A DNA stretch of 64,000 nucleotides. Source: Acidobacteriota bacterium. Its GTDB lineage: Bacteria > Acidobacteriota > Vicinamibacteria > Vicinamibacterales > CAVVIG01. The position numbers and the translations under genes were made by a program. Position 1 is the stretch's first letter. Every line of letters starts with the position of its first letter. Below are positions 1 through 8,194 of the stretch, piece after piece. The DNA lies in the NCBI GenBank assembly GCA_046726355.1, contig JBKPAI010000124.1:24468-88467 (forward strand), given 5' to 3'. The notes beneath the pieces are model-generated. The model saw only the letters and a list, made by a program, of their open reading frames with translations. It ran no database searches and had not been told where the DNA came from.

Positions 1-2
1 TG

Positions 3-2480
3 TTGACGCGGCAGCTGCTCGACGCCGTCCCCACCGGCCGCAGCGTGCCGACGCTCGGCGTGCTGCTCCCGGGGGCGCGGCTGGCGCTGCCCGACGTCGG
101 CGGCACCTCGGTCATGCAGAATCGCGACCTGACCGTGCACGGATCGGAAGGGCGGGATACGACGTTCCAGGTCGATGGCATGACCGTGAACGGGATCGAG
201 GGCGACGGCAGCGTGCAGAGCTATTTCAACGAGATGATGTTCGAGGAGATCTCATATCAGACGAGCGCCATCAACGCCGAGGTCTCCGCCGGCGGCGTGC
301 GCGCGAACATGATTCCGAGAGATGGCGGCAACACGTTCAAGGGCACCGGCTTCTTTTCGGGCGCGACCAGCGGCCTGCAGAGCAGCAACGACGCCAAGGC
401 GCGCAGTCAGGGGCTGACCGCACCGGACGCGCTGAACAAGGTGTGGGACTTCAACCTGTCGGAGGGGGGACCGATCCGGCGCGATCGGCTCTGGTTCTTC
501 ACCTCCTATCGCGACTGGGGCGTTTATCAGTACATCGCCAACAGTTTCTTTCAGAACAATACCCAGACCATCGATGATGCGAGCATCCGCAGCGGGATGC
601 TGCGGTTGACGACCCATTTCGGCGGGAAGCACAAGGTGGCCGCCTATCTCGATCGCATCCGCAAGTTCCGCGGTCACGAGAACTCGGCGCCGGCCGGCTA
701 CGCCATCGCCGGCGAGGCCACCGACATCCGCGCGCCGAAGCAGTACTACACGACCGAAGCCAAGTACACCGGCACGCTGACCAGCCGGCTCCTCGTCGAG
801 GCCGGCCTCGCCATCAACAACGAGAGCTACTCGCTCGAGCCGCTTCCGGATTCGGTGAACATCATCCCGCGGCGCGACACCATCCTGCAGCGATCGTTCG
901 GTGCCTACGATGGCGGTCTGTACTATCGCGAGCCGATCCGCCGCACGGCCGTGGGATCGATGTCCTACGTGACCGGTTCACACGCATTCAAGGCCGGCAT
1001 TCAGTACGGCTGGGGATATTTCTGGCGGACGCGCAGCGAGACAGCCGACCTCATTCAGCTGTACCGCAGCGGTCTGCCGGCGCAGGTCATCATCCACAAC
1101 ACCCCCCAGAACTCACTGCAGAACATGAACGCCGACCGCGGCCTCTACGCGCAGGATTCATGGACCGTCGGGCGATGGACGATCAACCCGGGCGTCCGCT
1201 TCGAGCACTTCAACAGCTCGATCGGCGCGCGCGATGTCGGCGCAGGCCGGTTCGTGCCGGCCCGGCATTTCGACGAACAACCTGACCTGCCCGACTGGAA
1301 CGACGTGTCGCCGCGGTTCGGTTTCGTGTGGGACCTCAAGGGCAATGGCAGGACGGCGATCAAAGTCGGCACCGGCAAATACGTGCGGGCGTACAGCACC
1401 GGCTTCGCCGAAACCTACGATCCGAATTTCTATTCCACCGCCACGCTCACCTGGTCTGATCTGAACAGCGACGACATCGCGCAGGGCGGCATCTCCTACC
1501 TTCCGGACGGAACTCGACTCCCGTGTGTGTACCGGACCGGCAGCTGCGAAATCGATTTCTCGACGCTGCCGTCGACCTTCGGCGTGAAGCCGAGCCAGCG
1601 GCCCGCGGCCGATCTGAAGCGCCCGTATCAGATTGAGACCAACATCAGCGTGCAGCGCGAAGTGCTGCCCGGCACCTCGATCACCGCCAGCTATTTCCGC
1701 CGTGCCTACAGGAACCTGATCTGGTCCGACAACATCGCCGTCGACCCGTCCGACTACGCCGGCGTCACCGTTCCGAGTCCGCTGAATCCATCGGAGGCCG
1801 TCACCATCTTCAACCTGAATCCCGCAAAAGCCAGCGTCGTCAACATCGTCGATCAGAATTCGTCGTCCAATTTCAGAACCTACTCGGGCTCCGACGTCAG
1901 CTTCAGCAGCCGCATGCGCAATCTGACGATGTTCGGCGGCGTCAGCCTTGGCCACACGATCACGAACACGTGCGAGGTGGAAGATCCGAACTTCCTCCGC
2001 TATTGCGATCAGCGCCAGTACGACATCCCCTGGTACCCGCAGCTGAAGTTGAACGGCTCGTACCTGCTGCCCTGGGACCTCCAGATCAGCGCAACGCTTC
2101 AAAGCTATGCCGGCGACGCGCGAAATGCGACGGTCGACGCCACGATTGCGGCCGTGGACCCGTCGCTGCGGATCAACTGGTCGGTGGACCGCACCCTGTT
2201 CCGCACGCTGACGGGCGGATCGCTCACACAGTCGTCCGTCACGGTGCCGCTGATTGCCCCTGGCTCGAAGCAGCTCGATCGCTACAGCCAGCTCGATCTG
2301 CGCTTCAAGCGCAGGTTCAGGGTCTCGGACGTCCAGTTCGAAGCGCAGGCCGATGCGTATAACGCCCTCAATACCGGCGCCATTCTCAACCGGGTTCAGA
2401 CGTTCGGCGCGGCGCTCGATCGTCCGGCGTCCATCCTCCAGGGACGGCTGATTCGATTCGGCGTGCAAACGAGATGGTGA
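3..2480 (+). CDS. TonB-dependent outer-membrane receptor, C-terminal 825 aa (5' end outside window)
   Basis: ORF open from the window edge. Long beta-strand-rich sequence ending ...RLIRFGVQTRW, a terminal aromatic typical of OM beta-barrels. Same family as the decayed copy at 48085-49665 (shared ...NALN...F/W-terminal segment). Confidence 0.85.
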   Translation: MTRQLLDAVPTGRSVPTLGVLLPGARLALPDVGGTSVMQNRDLTVHGSEGRDTTFQVDGMTVNGIEGDGSVQSYFNEMMFEEISYQTSAINAEVSAGGVRANMIPRDGGNTFKGTGFFSGATSGLQSSNDAKARSQGLTAPDALNKVWDFNLSEGGPIRRDRLWFFTSYRDWGVYQYIANSFFQNNTQTIDDASIRSGMLRLTTHFGGKHKVAAYLDRIRKFRGHENSAPAGYAIAGEATDIRAPKQYYTTEAKYTGTLTSRLLVEAGLAINNESYSLEPLPDSVNIIPRRDTILQRSFGAYDGGLYYREPIRRTAVGSMSYVTGSHAFKAGIQYGWGYFWRTRSETADLIQLYRSGLPAQVIIHNTPQNSLQNMNADRGLYAQDSWTVGRWTINPGVRFEHFNSSIGARDVGAGRFVPARHFDEQPDLPDWNDVSPRFGFVWDLKGNGRTAIKVGTGKYVRAYSTGFAETYDPNFYSTATLTWSDLNSDDIAQGGISYLPDGTRLPCVYRTGSCEIDFSTLPSTFGVKPSQRPAADLKRPYQIETNISVQREVLPGTSITASYFRRAYRNLIWSDNIAVDPSDYAGVTVPSPLNPSEAVTIFNLNPAKASVVNIVDQNSSSNFRTYSGSDVSFSSRMRNLTMFGGVSLGHTITNTCEVEDPNFLRYCDQRQYDIPWYPQLKLNGSYLLPWDLQISATLQSYAGDARNATVDATIAAVDPSLRINWSVDRTLFRTLTGGSLTQSSVTVPLIAPGSKQLDRYSQLDLRFKRRFRVSDVQFEAQADAYNALNTGAILNRVQTFGAALDRPASILQGRLIRFGVQTRW

Positions 2481-2486
2481 AATTTC

Positions 2487-2507
2487 GTCGTTAGTCGTTG
2501 GTCGTTG
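2487..2507. repeat. three tandem heptamers GTCGTT(A/G) directly after the receptor stop
   Basis: gtcgtta gtcgttg gtcgttg read directly. Same heptad style as the larger intergenic elements. Confidence 0.6.
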
Positions 2508-2527
2508 ACTCCCGGCGTTGTGCCTGA

Positions 2528-3241
2528 CTATCGATTCCCCGCCGGGTCCGCCAGGGCCACGCGGGGCGTGGAGTTCAGCCGCGCGGCAATGAGCTGTTTC
2601 TGCTCCGGCGCCAGGCGAAGGCCATGCCACGTATGCGAAAACAACTGCGCCGCCGTCAGCCTCGCCTGCATCAAGCCTTTCGCCGTGTGCACCTTCGACC
2701 CGAGCAGATAATGGCCGATCTCATGTGCCAGGGCGCGCCCCATCGCACGCGCCAGCAGCCCCTCCCGTTCGACGACGGTCATGGTTCCGATGCGGCCCAC
2801 AACCGGCTCCGATTCGCTGAACAGCTCGACGGCGTTCGCGTACGAGACATAGATCTCCTGCTCGGGCGCGCCCGCGTCGAAGCGAATCCAGCCGAGCGCC
2901 TTCACGGTCGGGTCGTTCACGGCAGTGCGCCGCTCGTCTCCGATGATGACGCGCAGGCGGCCGGGCAGCGCCGCCCGGCCGGATGATCCGGCGGGAACCA
3001 CCCCGGCCGCCGCTTGAGCGGTTCCGACAGCTTTGACCGTTGTTGTCTGCCGCTCCCACGCGATCGGGACGCCGGCGAACCGCCAGATCGCACCGGTTTC
3101 CTCCAACAACAGGCTGACCAGAGACGGCGGGATCTCAGGCGCAGCCGCAATGTTGACGATGATCGGCGGAACGTTCGGGATCGAAGCAGGTGCCGTTGTA
3201 GCGAGCAGTGCAGCAACGGCAAGACTCGTGGCGATCAGCAT
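2528..3241 (-). CDS. secreted hypothetical protein with single HEXXH motif (possible zinc peptidase)
   Basis: Start moved to an internal ATG that gives a signal-peptide-like MLIATSLAVAALLATTAPA. Motif ALAHEIGHYLLGSKVH is present. No family recognised. Confidence 0.55.
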   Translation of the reverse strand: MLIATSLAVAALLATTAPASIPNVPPIIVNIAAAPEIPPSLVSLLLEETGAIWRFAGVPIAWERQTTTVKAVGTAQAAAGVVPAGSSGRAALPGRLRVIIGDERRTAVNDPTVKALGWIRFDAGAPEQEIYVSYANAVELFSESEPVVGRIGTMTVVEREGLLARAMGRALAHEIGHYLLGSKVHTAKGLMQARLTAAQLFSHTWHGLRLAPEQKQLIAARLNSTPRVALADPAGNR

Positions 3242-3322
3242 CTTGTCGCCTATAGACGGATGCGATCGACAAAAGTTTGATGTCCGATTGCGCAACGACC
3301 GGACACCACCGCCGCGCACTGT

Positions 3323-3610
3323 TCAGAATTGAAAATCGACCGAAACGATGTGCTCGCTGAGGCTCACGCCCAGCTGGGCTACCGGCACGTGCAGCGGATC
3401 CTTCTGGTAGCCGTCGAGAGCCGCGCGCGATTGAAAGGTGATCATGAGGCCGGTATCGTACGAACGTGGCGATCTGACGATGTCCTCGCCAACCTTCAGG
3501 TCGATCACGCCGTCTAATGTTTTCAGCGCAGCCAGCCGCTGCCGGTGTTCGACGCGTGCAGCGTCACTGGTGTCTGGCTTGTACTTGAAACAAACGAAGT
3601 GTAGAAGCAT
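3323..3610 (-). CDS. Dabb (stress-responsive alpha/beta barrel) family protein
   Basis: 95 aa, MLLHFVCFKYKPD...LKVGEDI...ITFQSRAALDGYQKDPLH...VSVDF. This is the typical Dabb domain pattern. Confidence 0.8.
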   Translation of the reverse strand: MLLHFVCFKYKPDTSDAARVEHRQRLAALKTLDGVIDLKVGEDIVRSPRSYDTGLMITFQSRAALDGYQKDPLHVPVAQLGVSLSEHIVSVDFQF

Positions 3611-3626
3611 CAGCGAATCTTATCAA

Positions 3627-3649
3627 GGCTCTGGGCGTGGGGCTCTGGG
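3627..3649. repeat. GGCTCTGGG x2 (14-nt period)
   Basis: ggctctggg at 3627 and 3641. The same 9-mer recurs at 27966 and inverted at 28012. Confidence 0.5.
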
Positions 3650-3663
3650 GTGCGCAACAGCCG

Positions 3664-3762
3664 GTTGTAGTGCAGGCCTTCAGGCCTGCGTTGGGCGCAC
3701 CTCCACCCCACGGCGCACAGGTCGCGCCGTGGTGGCCCCGGCCTGACGGTCCGCACTACATC
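3664..3762. repeat. GC-rich REP-like palindromic element
   Basis: gttGTAGTGCAGGCCTTCAGGCCTGC ... GGCCTGACGGTCCGCACTAC. It has terminal inverted GTAGTGC/GCACTAC and an internal 18-nt palindrome. Related copies lie at 24769, 26383, 38176, 49896 and 57159. Confidence 0.8.
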
Positions 3763-3798
3763 CTGCGCGATTAATGGAGAATCGGCAGGCGACCACGG

Positions 3799-4149
3799 TC
3801 ACAGCTCCTCCCCTTCGATGTCATCGTCTGCGATATCGACGACGACGCTGTGGACGTCGACGCGGAACCACTCGCGGAAGGTCTTGAGATCGCGCGGCCG
3901 CGGCCACGTCGACTCGTCGTCGGTCCACGAGGAGAGCTGGAATTCGAACAGCCACGGGGCGTTCTCCTCGACCCACTCCTGCAGATCCTCCTCGAGCTCG
4001 AACTCCGGCAGGAGGTACGCCGTACCATACGGCCGTGCAGGCGCGACACTCAGCATGCCCCGGTCCGCGGCGGCGTCGTGCCGCCGCATCCATTCGATGT
4101 AAGGCTGGGCACCGGTGATGGAAATGGCTGTTCGATTGATCACGCGCAT
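3799..4149 (-). CDS. conserved hypothetical protein (acidic C-terminus)
   Basis: 116-aa ORF with good protein-like composition (...AYLLPEFELEEDLQEWVEENAPWLFEFQLSSWTDDESTWP...). No family named. Confidence 0.6.
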   Translation of the reverse strand: MRVINRTAISITGAQPYIEWMRRHDAAADRGMLSVAPARPYGTAYLLPEFELEEDLQEWVEENAPWLFEFQLSSWTDDESTWPRPRDLKTFREWFRVDVHSVVVDIADDDIEGEEL

Positions 4150-4165
4150 GCCGCAATTCTAACAA

Positions 4166-4212
4166 TTAACCACGGAGGACCCGGAGGACGCCGAGGGTCG
4201 GCGTGCCTCCGT
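4166..4212. repeat. short hairpin element carrying the CGGAGGAC unit
   Basis: aaCCACGGAGGACCCGGAGGACGCcgagggtcgGCGTGCCTCCGTGatgg. Purine-rich arm faces a pyrimidine-rich arm. Confidence 0.65.
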
Positions 4213-4229
4213 GATGGATGCGGCGTCAA

Positions 4230-5780
4230 CTACACCAGTCGCACCACCGCCGGCGTGTCGCTGGCGTCCCGTGCGGCCGCTGCCAGGCTGCGGGCCAGCG
4301 TCTGCGCCGCCCGGACCGCTAGTTCCGCCGGCTGCGATGTGTAGCAGATCCTCAGCTCGTTCGTGCCGCCCCGATCGACGTAAAAGGGCTCGCCGGTCAC
4401 CACGATCACCGACTCGCGGGCAGCGTGATCCTGCACTGCACGCGCGCGCATCCGTGGCGCCAGCCGGCACCACAGATACATCCCCCCGTCAGGTACGGTG
4501 AACCGAAGCGCACCGGACGGCACGTGCCGTCGAATGGCCTGCACCATCGCATCGCGGCGCCGCCGGTGCTCGGCCTTCAGGGCCGTGAGGTGGCGGTCGA
4601 ATACTCCCTGTTCGACCAGCTCGCAGACGACCAGCTGAATGAGATTCTGGGTGTGCGGATCGATCTGCTGTTTGATCAGCGCCAGCTGTTCGACGATCGG
4701 ATTGACCGCACTGACCCACCCGAGCCGCAGGCCGGGCGCGAGCATCTTCGAGAAGCTGCTGATCCGGATGACGATCGTCCGTGCTTCATCGAGCTGGAAG
4801 AGCGACGGCGGCGGCGCGGACTCGAGCCCGAGCTCGCGGTAGGTATCGTCTTCGACGATGGGCACGCGGTAGCGGGCGGCGAGCGCGAGGAGCTCACGCC
4901 GCGTGCGGATGGGCAGCGTGATGCCGGTCGGGTTCTGGTGCGTCGGGTTCGTGTAAATCAACTTCGGCCGGTACCGCAGCAGCAGCTCCTCGAGCTCGTC
5001 GAGGTCGGCGCGCACGATATCCCAGCCGATCAGCCGCGCGCCGGCGTTGCGGAAGGTTTGAATGGCGCCGAGATACCCGGGCCGGTCCAGGACCACCGCG
5101 TCGCCGCGGTCGACCAGGCACCGCGCCAGCAGATCGAGCCCCTGCTGGGCGCCGGAGATCACGAGCGTATGCTCCGCGCTGCCGCCGAACCGATCGGCGA
5201 GCACCGCTCGAAACCGCGGGAGACCTTCCGTCGGGCCGTGGCGCCAGGCGGCGCCCGCGCCTTTCGCCAGCACACGGTTCATCGCCGTCCGGAACGCCTC
5301 GACCGGAAACGCCTCGAGCGCCGGCTCGCCCGCGGCGAGCGACATCAGGCCGGGATCTGACGCCGCCCGCACCAGGTCGCGGACCGTCGTATCGGTCGCC
5401 TGCAGGGCCGATGCCGCGATTTTGCCGCGCCACGCGAATGGCGCGCTGCCGCCGTCCGGCCTCGCCGATACGAACGTGCCCCGGCCGACATAGCCTCGAA
5501 CGAGCCCGCGGGATTCGAGGTCGCGGTACGCGCTGACGATCGTCGCGCGACTCACGCCGAGCGCATGCGCGAGGTCGCGTTCGGGCGGCAGGCGGCAGCC
5601 GGCCGGTACGTCGCCGCGCCCGATGCCGGCTTCGATGATTTCGACCAGGCGCCGGTAGAAGGGCCGCACGCGCGGCACGGCGCCCGGGTCGATGCCAAGA
5701 GCGTGAAACAAACCATTGGCCGATTGGTCCGGCTTCAAGGCGCGCCTGTCGCGCATGATTGCAGTCCAATTATGGACCAT
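4230..5780 (-). CDS. MocR/PdxR-type regulator (GntR HTH fused to class I/II aminotransferase-like domain)
   Basis: N-terminal GntR wHTH (...LPPERDLAHALGVSRATIVSAYRDLESRGLV...) followed by a ~400-aa PLP-fold domain (...SSFSKMLAPGLRLGW...). Confidence 0.9.
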   Translation of the reverse strand: MVHNWTAIMRDRRALKPDQSANGLFHALGIDPGAVPRVRPFYRRLVEIIEAGIGRGDVPAGCRLPPERDLAHALGVSRATIVSAYRDLESRGLVRGYVGRGTFVSARPDGGSAPFAWRGKIAASALQATDTTVRDLVRAASDPGLMSLAAGEPALEAFPVEAFRTAMNRVLAKGAGAAWRHGPTEGLPRFRAVLADRFGGSAEHTLVISGAQQGLDLLARCLVDRGDAVVLDRPGYLGAIQTFRNAGARLIGWDIVRADLDELEELLLRYRPKLIYTNPTHQNPTGITLPIRTRRELLALAARYRVPIVEDDTYRELGLESAPPPSLFQLDEARTIVIRISSFSKMLAPGLRLGWVSAVNPIVEQLALIKQQIDPHTQNLIQLVVCELVEQGVFDRHLTALKAEHRRRRDAMVQAIRRHVPSGALRFTVPDGGMYLWCRLAPRMRARAVQDHAARESVIVVTGEPFYVDRGGTNELRICYTSQPAELAVRAAQTLARSLAAAARDASDTPAVVRLV

Positions 5781-5845
5781 TGCCGCGATTCGTCAGATAG
5801 AGAACTGAGAGCCTGGAGAAAATCGATCAGTCGACAGGTCAGCAA

Positions 5846-5920
5846 CCACAAGGTCACAAAGGACACGAAGAAAACTGGAATGTTTCCTTTGTGGCCTTCG
5901 TGTCCTTTGTGGCCTTCGTG
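5846..5920. repeat. hairpin element of the CACAAAG subfamily
   Basis: cacaaaggacacgaag (5855-5870) is perfectly complementary to cttcgtgtcctttgtg (5896-5911). Both arms consist of tandem CACAAGG/CACAAAGG/ACACGAAG-type units. Confidence 0.8.
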
Positions 5921-5969
5921 TTAGTTGGCGGCTCGAATGGGCAGTCGTTCACAAGCTGAGAGGTGCGAC

Positions 5970-6950
5970 GTGGAGGAGCTCGTCTTCGTCAGTGGTGCGT
6001 TCCGGCCCGCGGCAGAGGCAACGGTGAGCGTGTTCGATCACGGGCTGTTGTACGGCGACGGCGTGTTCGAAGGCATCCGCGCCTACAACGGCCGTGTGTT
6101 CCGCCTCGAGCGGCACATCGAGCGCCTGTTCGACTCCGCAAAAGCGATCCGTCTGCACATTCCCCACACCCCGCCGGAAGTCTGCGGCATCGTCGTTGAC
6201 TCGTGCCGGCGCAACGGGATCACGGATGGCTACGTCCGGCTCGTCGTGACGCGGGGCCCGGGCGATCTCGGGCTCGATCCGCGCAAATGTTCACACGCCG
6301 AGTTGATTGTGATCGTCAAGCGGTCGATCTCCATCTATCGCTCTCCATCAACCGGCATCGGCGTCGTGACGTCGGCCTTCCGGCGCAGCTCGCCGGACAC
6401 GCTCAGTCCGTCGATCAAGTCGCTCAATTATCTGAACAACGTCCTGGCGCGGATCGAGGCGAACGATCGCGGGGCCGATGAAGCATTGATGCTCGACGTA
6501 AACGGCTACGTCGCGGAAGCCACGGTCGACAATTTCTTCATTGTCACCGGGCACACGCTCGTCACGCCGCCAGCCGCGACGAACCTGAAAGGCGTCACGC
6601 GTGAGACCGTACTCGAGATTGCCCGCAGGCTCGGGATCGAGACGGCTGAACGGCCGTTCACGCTGTTCGATGTCTGGACGGCCCGCGAAGCCTTCATCTG
6701 CGGCACGGCGGCCGAAGTCGTGCCGGTGATTACCGTGGACGGCCGCACGGTGGGAGACGGCGCTGTGGGCCCGGTCAGCGGCCGGATCATCGCTGCCTAT
6801 CACGACCTCGTTCGCGCGGAAGGAACGCCAATCGGTCACAGGTCCGAAGAATTTGAAACGTCGGGCGGCGAGCGGAAAGCGCAACGCCCGGAGCCAGAAG
6901 CCTGGAGCCCAGCGAAAGCCGAGAGCTATCCCCGAGAGGCTGCAAAGTAG
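5970..6950 (+). CDS. class IV (branched-chain / D-amino-acid) aminotransferase
   Basis: ...VSVFDHGLLYGDGVFEGIRAYNGRVFRLERHIERL...IKSLNYLNNVLA...EA.. pattern. I prefer the GTG at 5970, preceded by GAGAGG; the ORF track starts at TTG 5925. The ~35-aa low-complexity C-terminal tail overlaps the convergent gene by 25 nt. Confidence 0.85.
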   Translation: MEELVFVSGAFRPAAEATVSVFDHGLLYGDGVFEGIRAYNGRVFRLERHIERLFDSAKAIRLHIPHTPPEVCGIVVDSCRRNGITDGYVRLVVTRGPGDLGLDPRKCSHAELIVIVKRSISIYRSPSTGIGVVTSAFRRSSPDTLSPSIKSLNYLNNVLARIEANDRGADEALMLDVNGYVAEATVDNFFIVTGHTLVTPPAATNLKGVTRETVLEIARRLGIETAERPFTLFDVWTAREAFICGTAAEVVPVITVDGRTVGDGAVGPVSGRIIAAYHDLVRAEGTPIGHRSEEFETSGGERKAQRPEPEAWSPAKAESYPREAAK

Positions 6951-8194
6951 CTTCGCAGCGCCTCGAGCGTCCTGATGACCGACTCCCTGGCGATCCGTGT
7001 GACGATTGGCGCGGCAATCGGCCGGACCATCACCGGCACATGCCGGCTGAGCGTCAGCGACTCGAGCTCGACCTCCACACCATCTCGAGTCTGGCGGTAG
7101 CGCCAATAGGAGTTGAGTCGCCACAGGAAGCCGTGATCGTCGCCCCCCACCTCTTCGATCCGCGTCGCTTCGCTGCGCGCGGTGGCAAGGAACGGTCCAG
7201 GCCGATAGAAGCGCATCTCGTGCTCCGTATCGTAGGTGACCGTGACGATCGCCTTCCGCACGAGACGGATGTAGACGTGCAACGAGTCCGGCGTCCGCGA
7301 GAGGACGCGGGACGATGCCACATCCTCCTGCGGCGGCGGCGTGCCCGGATACTGCAGGCGATGAAGTACGTGGTCCAGTGCGACGCCTGGGAGGAACACC
7401 GACCCGCGCCAGCGGCTGATCGTCCCCGACGGGATGCTGATGTTCTCGCCGTCGCATACCCTCGCACGACACGGCGGCTCTGCTCCGGATCCCTGCTCAC
7501 GCGCGATCCGCGCATCGGTATCCGCGATGTAGCGATTCCAGGAGGCCAGCGCGTCCGGCGCCGGGGCAGCCGACGCACCCGTTGCGATCACGCACATGGT
7601 CAACAACGTGATTATCGGCACGGCGATGATGAGGCTCCCGCTCGACAGGCCCGCTCCTCCGCCCGCAGCCGGTCTACGCGGGCAGAATACCCATCGGTCG
7701 GCCATGACGAAATTGAACAGGCCCAGTGTGCCGACCGCAAGCGTGTTGGCCGCAATGGCTGGCAGGCTGCAGACGCCCACGTAAAAAGCCATCAGCACCG
7801 CGTTCCCCCCGATGGACGTCAGTCCGGTCGTGGCGTTGAACCGCGCAAAACGGGCGAGCAGCGGCTTCGCAGGTGATCCCGTGATGGGCACCAGCGGCCG
7901 GCGCCCAGCAGTACGATCGCGCCACGTCCAGCACTCGTGCCAGACGAAGTTGTGCACGACTGCGAGCTGAACGGCGACGATTGTCGCGGGCAGCAAGGAC
8001 CAGCGCGCCATCGACAGCAGCATCTCGAGCACCCCCAGTTGGATTCCGAAGCCCAGCACTCCTACGGCTGCAAACCGTGCCAGGCGCCGGGACGAAGGCA
8101 CGGATGGAACGGGCGATACTGCATGCGGTTTCGCTGAACGGTCCGCTGCGCCGGTCAGCGGCCTCCGTGAGAAGCGCCGGGATATCGAGATCAA
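6926..8194 (-). CDS. GtrA-like membrane domain fused to a ~230-aa C-terminal domain of unknown family
   Basis: The N-terminal half has the GtrA signature FAAVGVLGFGIQLGVLEMLL...VVHNFVWHECWTWRDR and further TM helices. The C-terminal soluble half is unassigned. TTG start overlaps the upstream stop (TTGA). Confidence 0.7.
   Translation of the reverse strand: MISISRRFSRRPLTGAADRSAKPHAVSPVPSVPSSRRLARFAAVGVLGFGIQLGVLEMLLSMARWSLLPATIVAVQLAVVHNFVWHECWTWRDRTAGRRPLVPITGSPAKPLLARFARFNATTGLTSIGGNAVLMAFYVGVCSLPAIAANTLAVGTLGLFNFVMADRWVFCPRRPAAGGGAGLSSGSLIIAVPIITLLTMCVIATGASAAPAPDALASWNRYIADTDARIAREQGSGAEPPCRARVCDGENISIPSGTISRWRGSVFLPGVALDHVLHRLQYPGTPPPQEDVASSRVLSRTPDSLHVYIRLVRKAIVTVTYDTEHEMRFYRPGPFLATARSEATRIEEVGGDDHGFLWRLNSYWRYRQTRDGVEVELESLTLSRHVPVMVRPIAAPIVTRIARESVIRTLEALRSYFAASRG

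Noticed and set aside
1158-2630. 490-aa minus-strand ORF antisense to the TonB receptor. Similar long antisense ORFs occur throughout, for example 12143-13324, 35036-36781, 41093-42250 and 43933-45351.
   Set aside because: The translations are Arg/Ala/Gly/Pro-rich and low in complexity, with no motifs. Each lies fully inside a gene with clear family signatures on the other strand. This is the expected stop-codon depletion in a high-GC genome.
5925-5969. TTG start at 5925 for the class IV aminotransferase, as in the ORF track.
   Set aside because: The GTG at 5970 is preceded by GAGAGG and gives the usual short N-terminus before ...VSVFDHGLLYGDGVFEG. The upstream 15 codons abut the hairpin element. 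The choice remains unverified.
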